Positions 26,319 through 35,604 of a stretch of 64,000 nt of DNA are shown here, piece after piece. This DNA is from an uncultured Ignavibacteria bacterium (GTDB taxonomy: Bacteria; Zixibacteria; MSB-5A5; UM-FILTER-46-8). The position numbers and the translations under genes are program-made. Every line of letters starts with the position of its first letter. Position 1 is the stretch's first letter. The stretch is from the NCBI GenBank assembly GCA_964563085.1, contig CAZLVS010000002.1:62-64061 (forward strand), read 5' to 3'. The notes under the pieces are model-generated. The model saw only the letters and a list, made by a program, of their open reading frames with translations, was not told the origin of the DNA and did no database searches.

Positions 26319-28958
26319 CTAATCCGGTTCTTCCGCGGACTTCACTCTCGCCGCCAAAATCGTAAAATCATCTCCCAGGGGAACCTCTCCAATAAACTCC
26401 CTGACCTTTAATTCGAGGTCTTTCAGGATTTCAGTCAACGGGCGGTCGAAATTCGCTTTGAGGTGCTCCTTGATTTTCTCCTCGCCATACATCTCACCAT
26501 CGGAATTCTCCGCTTCACTCACGCCATCGGTATAAAGGAATACGAGATCGCCTCCATGCAGTTCAATTACGTCCTGCTCATAGGGCATACCGGGCATGGC
26601 GCCCAGAAGCAGACCGCCTTTGGACAACTCCTTAATAGCGCCGTCCTTCCGGACCAGGAAAGGATGATTATGTCCTGCGTTCACATAGGAGAAAGTGGAA
26701 TTGCCGGTATCATAAACCCCCGAGAAAAATGTAATAAACTGGTCGGGGGGTGAATTTCTGTGTATCAGGTTGTTGATCCGTGCGATGATATCCGATAGCT
26801 GGATACCGGTCTGAGCATCTCCTTTCTCAGCTTCTCTTCCGGTGAGGGTGGTGATTTTACCGCTGACTTCGGACATCCGCGCGCCGATACTGACTGCCGT
26901 CCTGAATGACGCCTGAAGGTTGGACATCAAGATCGCCGCCCCGGCGCCCTTGCCGGAAACATCGCCCACCGCCAATACGGTGCGCTTTTCGTCAAGGTTC
27001 ATCACATCGTAGTAATCACCGGCGACCTCCAGACAGAACTTGCTGGATGCGGCAACCTCCAGCCCCGGCGTGTCGGGAATAGTCTGAGGCAGCAGCCCTT
27101 CCTGCACCTGTCTCGCCATACCCAATTCATGTTCCAGTCTGCGTTTGTCTAAGTTCTCTTCCATGAGGGTGATATTCTCCCCGGCGATAGCGATCTGATT
27201 GGCAAGCGAATGCAGGATATCCAGATCAATCGGTTCAAAATCCTTTTTCTCTGTTTTGTAGCCGATCGCCAGAAATCCCACCAGGCGAGACCGCGTAAAC
27301 ATCGGTAGTATCAAGGCGATTTGGTTATCAATCAGCCATTTCTTTTCTTCTTCGTTGAAGGATATTTTATCGCTGGCAATCGCTTCGTCAACCATTATAT
27401 GCGGACGTTTGGAATTCTCTAAGTCTTTTATGAACTCGCTGTCCGATCTAAAAGGCGTTTCCTCTCCATTCCACCGGGTCAGCGATTCCGTATTTTCGGA
27501 TCTGAGTATAGGGTAAACCAAGTCCACTCTCAGCACTTCTTTCAGTCTTTGCTCTAACTCAGTCCAGAAAGCCTTCTTCTCGGAAACGATTAACGATTGG
27601 GAGAGGAAGTTCCGCAGAAGTGTGCGCAGACGGCTTCGTTCCGGATAAAACCGTTTCTCCAGCGCTATTTGCAATTTACGCTGGGTGGGAGCGAATCCGA
27701 TAGCCAGGATTAGTGCCATAAAAAGCACCGGAGCATTTTGTTGCACTCCCAGCGATTTAAGCACGATTTCGCTGGCGCCGTAGATTATCAGGTAAAAAAC
27801 TAAAAGTAACACAGCGGTCACTGCAGCGTAACGCGTTCCGCGCCGTATTTTGCCTTCAACTTCCAGAAGCCGGTATTTACCGAAGGCGTAAGCAAAAGAT
27901 AATGGGGACAATAGCAATCCGAGAAAGACGACAATAAGGATAGCCACTACCTGGTATTCCTTCAGGGAGCCTAACCAAGAACCGGCCAACATAACCAGGA
28001 CGAGCAGAGCCCACCACAGGAATAATCCGATTCCGGAACCCCAGAGCACTAAACGTGTCTGCCTTTTCTCAAGAAGGTTTGGCGCCCTGGAATGATAGCT
28101 GCCAAGAATGAAAAATCCCACCCATATCTGTGCAGCCGCAATTGAAACTACGATATAGTTGGTAACCAGAGTGGTTACTATTAATACCATTATCATACCG
28201 ATAATCGGCGCTCCGTAGCATAATAAGTATGCTACAATGGGATGCTGAGCGATTAGCTTCCTGGGCCGTGGGAAAAGTAACTGCAGGTTCAGCCAGAATC
28301 CCCCCAAAAGAATCGCGAACATACCCAGGATATTGAATATGGTAGCCTCGAACGGGATCTCGAATACCGCGAAATATTGTAATCCTGACTGTATCCACAT
28401 CATTAATAAAATCGCCATTGAAAACGAGAAAAGCGACAGAGCCCTGACGGCTCCGGAATCAGGCTGTTTTACGTATGCCCAGAATCCCACCGCCCAAAAA
28501 AGCACCACAATCAAGAAACGTAATATACCCAGAGCTGAAGTCTGTAATATCTCGCTGTCTTCAACGGGCTGGAGCCTCATCTTTGTGATGAGAGTATCCT
28601 GATTACTCACCATTAGAAGCGTTACCGTGCTGTCCGATTGGTATCGTCCTCTAACTTCTTTAACCCAATTATTCCTGGTAGCCGGCAGATCATTAAATTG
28701 AATGATTGTATCATTCACTGTAGGAAATGGCTTAGAGAGAAAGTCGGTCGTGTCAATTTCACTGAATACAGCTAAACTGTCGATAATTACTTCGTCATTA
28801 CTTGAAACAATATGGAGCTTTCCCTTTTTATTCCCCGATTTCCGCCAATTCTCGAGACCGGATCCCTCCCTGATAAAAAACAGAATAGCCGCTATCAGGA
28901 TAAATCCGCCTATTACCGGCACAAACCATTTAGCTAATTTGGGAAAAAAAGACTTCAT
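26319..28958 (-). CDS. PP2C-family serine phosphatase (SpoIIE/RsbU-like) with N-terminal 7TM receptor (7TMR-DISM-like) and GAF-like regions
   Basis: C-terminal PP2C signatures GDYYDVMNL…VLAVGDVSGKGAGAAILMSNL…FLYTDGVSEAEN. Periplasmic N-domain followed by 7 TM helices. Confidence 0.7.
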   Translation of the reverse strand: MKSFFPKLAKWFVPVIGGFILIAAILFFIREGSGLENWRKSGNKKGKLHIVSSNDEVIIDSLAVFSEIDTTDFLSKPFPTVNDTIIQFNDLPATRNNWVKEVRGRYQSDSTVTLLMVSNQDTLITKMRLQPVEDSEILQTSALGILRFLIVVLFWAVGFWAYVKQPDSGAVRALSLFSFSMAILLMMWIQSGLQYFAVFEIPFEATIFNILGMFAILLGGFWLNLQLLFPRPRKLIAQHPIVAYLLCYGAPIIGMIMVLIVTTLVTNYIVVSIAAAQIWVGFFILGSYHSRAPNLLEKRQTRLVLWGSGIGLFLWWALLVLVMLAGSWLGSLKEYQVVAILIVVFLGLLLSPLSFAYAFGKYRLLEVEGKIRRGTRYAAVTAVLLLVFYLIIYGASEIVLKSLGVQQNAPVLFMALILAIGFAPTQRKLQIALEKRFYPERSRLRTLLRNFLSQSLIVSEKKAFWTELEQRLKEVLRVDLVYPILRSENTESLTRWNGEETPFRSDSEFIKDLENSKRPHIMVDEAIASDKISFNEEEKKWLIDNQIALILPMFTRSRLVGFLAIGYKTEKKDFEPIDLDILHSLANQIAIAGENITLMEENLDKRRLEHELGMARQVQEGLLPQTIPDTPGLEVAASSKFCLEVAGDYYDVMNLDEKRTVLAVGDVSGKGAGAAILMSNLQASFRTAVSIGARMSEVSGKITTLTGREAEKGDAQTGIQLSDIIARINNLIHRNSPPDQFITFFSGVYDTGNSTFSYVNAGHNHPFLVRKDGAIKELSKGGLLLGAMPGMPYEQDVIELHGGDLVFLYTDGVSEAENSDGEMYGEEKIKEHLKANFDRPLTEILKDLELKVREFIGEVPLGDDFTILAARVKSAEEPD

Positions 28959-29114
28959 CTTGATACGTCACCAATTAATACTGCAGAATAAATCAATTGT
29001 CGAAACAACGCAAGATTTAATATGGGTCGTAAAATCCATTAAACTTTTTGGGATTTTACGGTGTCTGATTATATTGAGAGTAGAAGTCGAAAACCGCTAA
29101 TGAGGAGTTCGAAA

Positions 29115-31550
29115 ATGATAAACCGCAATATTACATGGTTATTATGTTGTTTATTTCTTGTTACCTTAGTTATCCAGGCAAACGCTGATTTATCCGAGGA
29201 TGTCATCAATCGGGATTTTCCCCCCATTTATGTATCAATAGTCACGCATAACGAAGAACCCCCGCAGTATCCCGATTTCACGGTTAACGAACCGGCTTTT
29301 TGGATTTACCGGGAGGCGGTTGTAGAATTTGCCGATATGCTTTTCGATGAAGGCGCAGCGTATAACTATCAATCGGAATGGAACTTCCTGCTGGCGGCAA
29401 CCATGTATGATACCGGTACGCCCTCCACTAACGGCAAAAATATATTGCGTTATTTAAAGGAGGATTTGGGCTTCGAGATCGATCCGCATGCCCATGAAAC
29501 CCAATACAATTATGCTGATGTTGCCTGTCTGATTGAGGAGCTGGGAGTGCCGACTTCATCGACGGTCGGCGGTTTTATCGCCTTCCCACCGGAAGATTCC
29601 AAACTTGAATACCTATGGCAGCCTCTATTCGGGTGGAATTATCCCCAGTTCACCTGGCAGGCGGAAATATTGTGGGGCGGCGCAACATATATGCATCAAA
29701 ACGAGGAAATGCTCTGGGTATCCGGTGTCTGGAAACCGAAGGATGATGGACATTTTCTTGAACACGACGAGAATGCTCCGCTGCCGCATATAGGAGGTTA
29801 TGCCGGAGGTTGGGAGGGATTATATGATTTACTGCAAAAGCAGCAGGATGGAGAGTTGGAAGAGGGTAAGATATATACAAAGACGATATTCGCCCCGCAA
29901 TCGAGGATGCTAAATCCGGAATATATCGAGGGGTTCCGCGCGGAAGTGCAGAACCTGGAAACATATACGCAGGCGGGATTGATCAGATGGGTCGGTTTGG
30001 CTGAAGTTATAGACATCTGGATCAACGAATACAATTCCGAACCGAATATGCTTCCATATACAGACGCGGAGGAAGTGTGGGTATACAATCCCACCAGCGG
30101 AGTGGACTTATACTGCCATATCCACCGTTCCGGCGATTTCGACAGCAATCTAACCTATCCCGGCGTGGTACTTATACCCGGCGGCAGCGGGGAGGGAACA
30201 TCATTCGACGCCAACGGACAGGCGGATGCCTTTGCGGATGCAGGTTTTATCGTCATGCATTTCGATCCCGACGGGAGAGGGCTGTCAACTAATGGCGGCC
30301 AGTATACCGAAGAGGATTACAACGGTTTCATTCAGCAGGACGGGTTAAGAGAGGTATTTCAATATCTTGTGGATTTGCCGGAGACCGATGATGACAACTG
30401 CGGCATGTTTTCCAATTCTTACGGGATAACTATGGCGGCGGGGACATTAGCTCGATATCCAACCAATCCCCACGCTAAATTCTTGATAGATTTTGAAGGA
30501 CCCCACAATCGGACTGTTACTGCCCAGATCAACGGCGGACATGTTCCCCATGATACCTCCGATGCGGAATTCTGGTCGGAGCGGGAAGCTGATCAATTTA
30601 TGCCGTCGGCAACTTGCTATTATACCAGAATACAGACTGTTATCGATCATAATCCGAACATAACCGATAACCGTCATGCCATCGCTCTGATTAATGCGGC
30701 AACCGATACTATCTTCGGCGGCGATGGAGTCTGTCCCTGGACGATTGCCAATGACGACATTATCAACGATCCCAATCAAGTTTACACTATTCAGGGACCT
30801 CCGTCATGGCTGCCGGAACAAGCTGACCATATCCCCTACCGTGTGAATAGATTGGAGGATATGGCGAATATGCCGCCGAATTACGTTTCCATCGGGATGA
30901 CACCCGATGAGGAACCGATAGTTGTTCCTCCGGGAGGTTATTTTACTTTCACAGGTATCCTCGCCAATCAAACAGACCAACCCAAAAATGCGGATGTATG
31001 GGTGATGGTTGATGTCCCCGGTTATGGGCTGTACGGGCCTGTTCAGAGATTTAATAATGTACCGCTGCAGCCGGAACAGATTATCAGCGTTGCTGGGGTG
31101 AGACAGAATATCCCCGGATCGGTCCCGGCAGGTAGCTATAATTATCTGGCATACAGCGGAGAATACCCAGCCGCGATTTTTGATTCCGCATGGTTTGAAT
31201 TCACGGTTGCATCGGAAGGCGCCGATAGGAACGTTGACGGCTGGGTCTTGGATGGGTGGTTTTCCAATCCCGATGAGACGGTTCCGGCTTCAATTGAATT
31301 GTCGAAGAACTATCCGAATCCTTTCAACGTCTCAACGAGTATCACCTTCAGCTTGCCGCAAGAATGTCATGTCAGCCTCCAAGTATATAACTTGATGGGA
31401 CAGAAGGTCGCCACACCGGTCGATGGACTTTTTGAAGCCGGACAACATAACGTTTCATGGGATGCATCGAATTACTCCAGCGGAGCTTATTTTTATAAAT
31501 TGGAAGTCGGCGATAAAGTGATCACGAAGCGGATGACGCTGCTCAAGTAA
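29115..31550 (+). CDS. T9SS-secreted multi-domain protein: N-terminal unknown domain + alpha/beta-hydrolase + shared ~105-aa module + T9SS C-terminal sorting domain
   Basis: Signal peptide after Met at 29115 (RBS gaggag). Hydrolase segment VVLIPGGSGEGTSFDANGQADAFADAGFIVMHFDPDGRG…FSNSYG. Module VSIGMTPDEEPIVVPPGGYFTFTGILANQ…DVWVMVDVPGYGLYGP…YNYLAYSGEYP…FEFTV. CTD NYPNPFNVSTSITFSLPQECHVSLQVYNLMGQKVAT…SGAYFYKLEVGDKVITKRMTLLK. Confidence 0.7.
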   Translation: MINRNITWLLCCLFLVTLVIQANADLSEDVINRDFPPIYVSIVTHNEEPPQYPDFTVNEPAFWIYREAVVEFADMLFDEGAAYNYQSEWNFLLAATMYDTGTPSTNGKNILRYLKEDLGFEIDPHAHETQYNYADVACLIEELGVPTSSTVGGFIAFPPEDSKLEYLWQPLFGWNYPQFTWQAEILWGGATYMHQNEEMLWVSGVWKPKDDGHFLEHDENAPLPHIGGYAGGWEGLYDLLQKQQDGELEEGKIYTKTIFAPQSRMLNPEYIEGFRAEVQNLETYTQAGLIRWVGLAEVIDIWINEYNSEPNMLPYTDAEEVWVYNPTSGVDLYCHIHRSGDFDSNLTYPGVVLIPGGSGEGTSFDANGQADAFADAGFIVMHFDPDGRGLSTNGGQYTEEDYNGFIQQDGLREVFQYLVDLPETDDDNCGMFSNSYGITMAAGTLARYPTNPHAKFLIDFEGPHNRTVTAQINGGHVPHDTSDAEFWSEREADQFMPSATCYYTRIQTVIDHNPNITDNRHAIALINAATDTIFGGDGVCPWTIANDDIINDPNQVYTIQGPPSWLPEQADHIPYRVNRLEDMANMPPNYVSIGMTPDEEPIVVPPGGYFTFTGILANQTDQPKNADVWVMVDVPGYGLYGPVQRFNNVPLQPEQIISVAGVRQNIPGSVPAGSYNYLAYSGEYPAAIFDSAWFEFTVASEGADRNVDGWVLDGWFSNPDETVPASIELSKNYPNPFNVSTSITFSLPQECHVSLQVYNLMGQKVATPVDGLFEAGQHNVSWDASNYSSGAYFYKLEVGDKVITKRMTLLK

Positions 31551-31563
31551 TATAACACACCCC

Positions 31564-31594
31564 GTCTTCATCCCGCAAAATGCGGGATGAAGAC
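31564..31594 (+). terminator. 13-bp perfect hairpin (gtcttcatcccgc aaaat gcgggatgaagac) after T9SS cargo gene
   Basis: Seen directly. No T-tract, so intrinsic-terminator function is uncertain. Confidence 0.4.
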
Positions 31595-31803
31595 ACCCCT
31601 CTCCGGAGGGGGATGAAATGTAGCGGCGAGGGGGTATGTTTAACCCGCCATTGATTGATGACAAAGTAATCTTGCATATCAGAGATTCCGGACTTCAGTT
31701 CGGGGAGTTTCACGGTTCTTAATAACCGAGGACTTTGGTCCTCATAAGGTCATGTAGAGGAGTAGTATACAAGAAGGGTTAAAATCCGTCATTATTAAAA
31801 TAG

Positions 31804-31962
31804 CCTGTATTATTCACAAATTGAGTTATCGGCAGCGGAAGCCTTGCGCTTCCGGCGTCTTTTTGAAACCCTCAATTCCAGTCTGTATATGATCTACTTC
31901 TATTAAACTCCCGAAGGACAAACCTTCGGCTGCGGATTAATGCTGTTTGTGAAGTATCCGGG
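31804..31962 (+). repeat. ~155-bp intergenic repeat element, copy 7
   Basis: cctgtattattcacaaattgagttatcggcagcggaagccttgcgcttccggcgtctttttgaaaccctcaattccagtctgtatatgatctacttctattaaactcccgaaggacaaaccttcggctgcggattaatg…. Confidence 0.8.
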
Positions 31963-32079
31963 AGAGTAATACTCCCCATGTTAAAACGTGGGGACTCGCA
32001 GCACCTTTCAGCAGACTTGTTGGAATGGTCGGGGCATTAGCGGAGTACGATTAGTTTCATGCCTACTGATGGAAATCCT

Positions 32080-32877
32080 TTACCAGCTACTCGCGGTTCC
32101 CACGAAATGATTGGTGGGACCGTGTCCCTGCCCTAAGTCTGCGCTGTGCGCGATAGCTTCGGAAATGAAGCTCTTGGCTCTATTAATTGCCTCGAGTGGA
32201 GCATATCCTTTAGCCAATCCCGCTGCGATCGCCGATGAAAAGGTACAACCGGTGCCATGGGTATTTTTGGTTGAGAATAATTGTGATGACAGTTCATGGA
32301 ATTGCTTGCCATCGAAAACAATGTCCACAGCCTCGCGGGAATTATCCAGATGCCCGCCTTTAACCACCACGAATTTACATCCTATCTCCTTTAACTCGCG
32401 TGCCGCCTCTTTTGCGGTATCAATACTATCAACCTTTTTCCCGGTTAATGTCTCGGCTTCGAATCTATTGGGCGTTATCACGTCAGCGAGGGGCAACAAG
32501 TACTCCTTGATAGTACTGCGAGCTTCCTCCGAGAGTAGAGGATCGCCGCTTTTCGCCACCATCACCGGATCGACAACGAGATTATTTAGATTGTATCTCT
32601 TAACAGAGTCGGCAACAGCAATGGTGATTTCGGGATTCGAAAGCATCCCGACCTTCACCGCATCGGAACCGATATCATCCAGACAGCTTTTGATTTGTTC
32701 AACAACCATGTTAACGGGAATGTCGAACACTGCTTGTACGCCGACAGTGTTCTCAGCTACGATAGCAGTTATAGCCGACATCCCGAAGACGTGAAAGGCT
32801 GAAAATGTCTTTAGATCAGCCTGGATACCGGCTCCGCCGCTGCAATCGGAGCCGGCTATTGTCAATGCTCTTTTCAA
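32080..32877 (-). CDS. thiD: hydroxymethylpyrimidine/phosphomethylpyrimidine kinase ThiD
   Basis: MKRALTIAGSDCSGGAGIQADLKTFSA… PfkB/ThiD signature, C-terminal GTGCTFSSAIAAGLAKG. Confidence 0.85.
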   Translation of the reverse strand: MKRALTIAGSDCSGGAGIQADLKTFSAFHVFGMSAITAIVAENTVGVQAVFDIPVNMVVEQIKSCLDDIGSDAVKVGMLSNPEITIAVADSVKRYNLNNLVVDPVMVAKSGDPLLSEEARSTIKEYLLPLADVITPNRFEAETLTGKKVDSIDTAKEAARELKEIGCKFVVVKGGHLDNSREAVDIVFDGKQFHELSSQLFSTKNTHGTGCTFSSAIAAGLAKGYAPLEAINRAKSFISEAIAHSADLGQGHGPTNHFVGTASSW

Positions 32878-33533
32878 TTTGATCCCTCCGCATTTTCGAT
32901 TTCAGATTTAATCTCCTGGGAAGCCCTTTCGATATCATCGGAGGCTACAATCGCTGATATCACTGCCGCTCCGCAAGCTCCTGCTTTTATAACCTCCGAT
33001 ACGTTGTTATTGTTAATTCCTCCAATAGCAATAACCGGTATGCTGCACTGCGAGCAGGCTTTCCTCAGCAGCTTCAATCCCAATGGTTCTCCGGCATCCG
33101 ACTTGGTCGCTCTGGCTTCGAAAACCGGACCGAAGCCGATATAATCAGCGCCATCCTTTTCCGCCTGGATCGCCTGGGCGACTGTGATCGCGGACACTCC
33201 CAGTATCATTTCATCGCCGATAAGCTCCCGAGTTATCTTTGCGGGAATATCATCCTGTCCCACATGTACGCCATCGGCTCCGGAGGCGATGGCGATATCC
33301 ACACGGTCATTGACGATGAATGGCGCTCCGGTTCTGTGGGCTAACTCACGGATTTCACGCGCCGCCTCGAGAAGCTTCTTACCTGATGCATCTTTGTCGC
33401 GCAACTGGATAGCATCGGCGCCTCCTTTTAGCGCGACCTCCGCAATTCGTTGATGAGTGCGCCCGCGCGAAAGGACTTCATCGGTAATAACGTAAAGCTT
33501 CCATAAAGAAGGATTCGTAATCCTGGATTTCAT
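32874..33533 (-). CDS. thiE: thiamine-phosphate synthase ThiE
   Basis: LYVITDE…IQLRDKD…GADGVHVGQDD…GFGPVF…IAIGGI motifs. Start placed at MKSRITN (ATG 33533). The tool ORF extends to 33668 with no RBS support. Stop overlaps the thiD start. Confidence 0.8.
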   Translation of the reverse strand: MKSRITNPSLWKLYVITDEVLSRGRTHQRIAEVALKGGADAIQLRDKDASGKKLLEAAREIRELAHRTGAPFIVNDRVDIAIASGADGVHVGQDDIPAKITRELIGDEMILGVSAITVAQAIQAEKDGADYIGFGPVFEARATKSDAGEPLGLKLLRKACSQCSIPVIAIGGINNNNVSEVIKAGACGAAVISAIVASDDIERASQEIKSEIENAEGSN

Positions 33534-33543
33534 ATTATCCTCA

Positions 33544-34236
33544 TCATACAGGTATAATCGGGGGCCATTCTTCCTTAGTCCAGCCCATTTCAAAAAACAG
33601 CAATTCGAACCTGGCGCTGTATTGATATAGATAGAACCAGTGTTCTTTCTGTTCGGTGGAACTCTCACGAGCGAAACAGTTCATTTTATCTATGAGCCAC
33701 TGCACCAAATCATTCATCTCGTCGGATGAATAGGTTTCTATCCAATCCCTGTAATGCTTCTGATCCGGCATGCCCTTTGACCGAAGGTTTTCGGCAATCT
33801 CTACATAGCCTGATGCACACGGCAGCAAAACCGCCGTAATATCGCTCAAGGCTCCCTCATAGCAAGCGTAATTCAGGAATTTGGCGTAGGCGGTTGTTGT
33901 CAATCCCGGTTTGGTTCCTTCCAATTCCTCATTCGTGATTCCGTAATCGGCACAAACCCTCCGATGCAGCTCCATTTCCATTTTGAGGGTGGCGTTAAGT
34001 AAATCCGCAAACATAGTCATGTCGGCGAGGTTTCTCGCCTTCGCCGCGGCTAAGGCGAATACTCGGCTGAATTCAATCAAGTAAGCATAATCCTGCTTGA
34101 GGTAAAACTCAAACCGGTCTTTGGAAAGCGTGCCATCGCCTATCCCCCGAACGAAAGGATGCTTTATAATCTCCGCCCAAAGCGGATCAGATCGTTGACG
34201 CATTTCTTTTACAAACTCAGAATACTCCATAATCAT
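33544..34236 (-). CDS. tenA: TenA/thiaminase II family aminopyrimidine aminohydrolase
   Basis: HPFVRGIGDGTLSKDRFEFYLKQDYAYL… and C-terminal Cys/Tyr/Glu pattern of TenA_C. Confidence 0.75.
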   Translation of the reverse strand: MIMEYSEFVKEMRQRSDPLWAEIIKHPFVRGIGDGTLSKDRFEFYLKQDYAYLIEFSRVFALAAAKARNLADMTMFADLLNATLKMEMELHRRVCADYGITNEELEGTKPGLTTTAYAKFLNYACYEGALSDITAVLLPCASGYVEIAENLRSKGMPDQKHYRDWIETYSSDEMNDLVQWLIDKMNCFARESSTEQKEHWFYLYQYSARFELLFFEMGWTKEEWPPIIPV

Positions 34237-34247
34237 CTCCTTTGGTT

Positions 34248-35333
34248 TTACCGTTGAGCGGCGGCTTTGCCGAAAGCAGCCCAGAAGGGATCAACCTGCG
34301 GATGCCTCATCTCCACCTTCCTGCCGTTCTCAAAGTAATGCGTACCCTTCTCTTTTTCAACAACTTCACCAACCACAGTTGCGGGGATTCCCTTACTGTC
34401 TAATCTCCCCAGCGCTTCTTTCGATTTGTGCGGACGACAGGTTATTATAAGTGTTCCTTCGCTAATTGAAGTATAGGGATCTATTTTGAAATACTCGCAG
34501 ATTTTTGCCGCCTTTTCCCCGAGGATTATTTTCTCCTTATCCACAACGAGCCCAACACCCGATGCTTGAGCAATCTCCGCAAGTCCGCCCCAGACGCCGC
34601 ATTCGGTAGCATCATGCATGGCGGTAACGCCATCATCCCGCACGCCGACCTCCACCGCTGTCAGGGCATCTTCAACCACCGACATCTGGTAAAATATCCC
34701 TTCTGCTTCTCTTGAAAACTCCTTACCGTACGCCTCGGAGAGTCTATCCGGAAATGTAACGGCGAATAAACCGGAAGCTTCAATGGCAGCTCCTTTTGTG
34801 ATTATTATCTCATCGCCGACTCTTGCCATTGTAGGCGCAACATATTTATCTTTATCCCCGATACAAATTACGGTAGCTCCGCCAACCATGGGGTATTCGC
34901 ATCCTTCGTATCGCCCCGTATGCCCGGAAACAATCGCCATACCGATTTTTTCGCATTCTCTGTGCATGGTAGCCCACATCTCCTCGAAATTCTCCCGGTT
35001 TATAGACATCGGAAGATTCAAATCGATGGATATATATTGCGGCTGTAAACCGGAGGTTACAGCATCCGATGCTAAAATGTGTATGGCAAACCAGGCTGAT
35101 CTCTGCCATCCATAGGGCGGCACGATGAACACCGGATCGGTCGTGGACACCATAACTTTTCCGTTACCGAGATCCACCACTCCGATATCCACTCCATTTC
35201 GCGGACCTATTAACACATCTTTCCTCTTTTTCCCCAGTTGCGGAAGTATCACCTCATCAAATATCTCAGCAGAAATTTTGCCAATTTCCGGCATTTGCGC
35301 TTTCATATTTATATCTCCTATTTGGATATTCAT
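34248..35333 (-). CDS. PurM-like (AIR synthase-related) ATP-binding protein in thiamine cluster; possible non-canonical thiamine-monophosphate kinase
   Basis: PurM-superfamily N-domain (…GPRNGVDIGVVDLGNGKVMVSTTDP…AIHILASDAVTSG…) and C-domain. Co-oriented and tightly spaced with tenA-thiE-thiD. Confidence 0.55.
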   Translation of the reverse strand: MNIQIGDINMKAQMPEIGKISAEIFDEVILPQLGKKRKDVLIGPRNGVDIGVVDLGNGKVMVSTTDPVFIVPPYGWQRSAWFAIHILASDAVTSGLQPQYISIDLNLPMSINRENFEEMWATMHRECEKIGMAIVSGHTGRYEGCEYPMVGGATVICIGDKDKYVAPTMARVGDEIIITKGAAIEASGLFAVTFPDRLSEAYGKEFSREAEGIFYQMSVVEDALTAVEVGVRDDGVTAMHDATECGVWGGLAEIAQASGVGLVVDKEKIILGEKAAKICEYFKIDPYTSISEGTLIITCRPHKSKEALGRLDSKGIPATVVGEVVEKEKGTHYFENGRKVEMRHPQVDPFWAAFGKAAAQR

Positions 35334-35556
35334 TTAATATTAACAAATGACAGCTAATCAACTAATTTATAGTGATTTTAGCGGAAAAGCCAGTAGTTTC
35401 CTGTTTGCTAATATATATACAAATAAAACCTTATTAAATCAATAGGATATTAAGATTAAGTGAGGTATTAAGTAATGTTTGCATTAGGTTTTGCGGCGTC
35501 TCCTATCGGCACTCGCAAAGGCTTTTGCAGCATAATTTTATAGTAGCCCAATATAT

Positions 35557-35588
35557 CTAACGCGGCATTTTGGATAAATGCCGCGCAT
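35557..35588 (-). terminator. hairpin gcggcattt…aaatgccgc downstream of minus-strand T9SS cargo gene
   Basis: 9-bp stem with 5-nt loop directly after the stop of the 35605..37032 gene. Weak U-tract. Confidence 0.4.
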
Positions 35589-35604
35589 GTCTAACAACTA
35601 ACAA

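Noticed and set aside
32111-32794. 227-aa ORF on the plus strand
   Set aside because: Antisense to thiD, whose PfkB/ThiD motifs are clear. It is a shadow ORF.
35334-35604. Possible TPP riboswitch in the leader of the thiamine cluster
   Set aside because: I scanned both strands for the conserved CUGAGA / ACCUGAUCUGGAUAAUGCCAGCG core and did not find it. Only a 9-bp terminator-like hairpin belonging to the upstream convergent gene is present.
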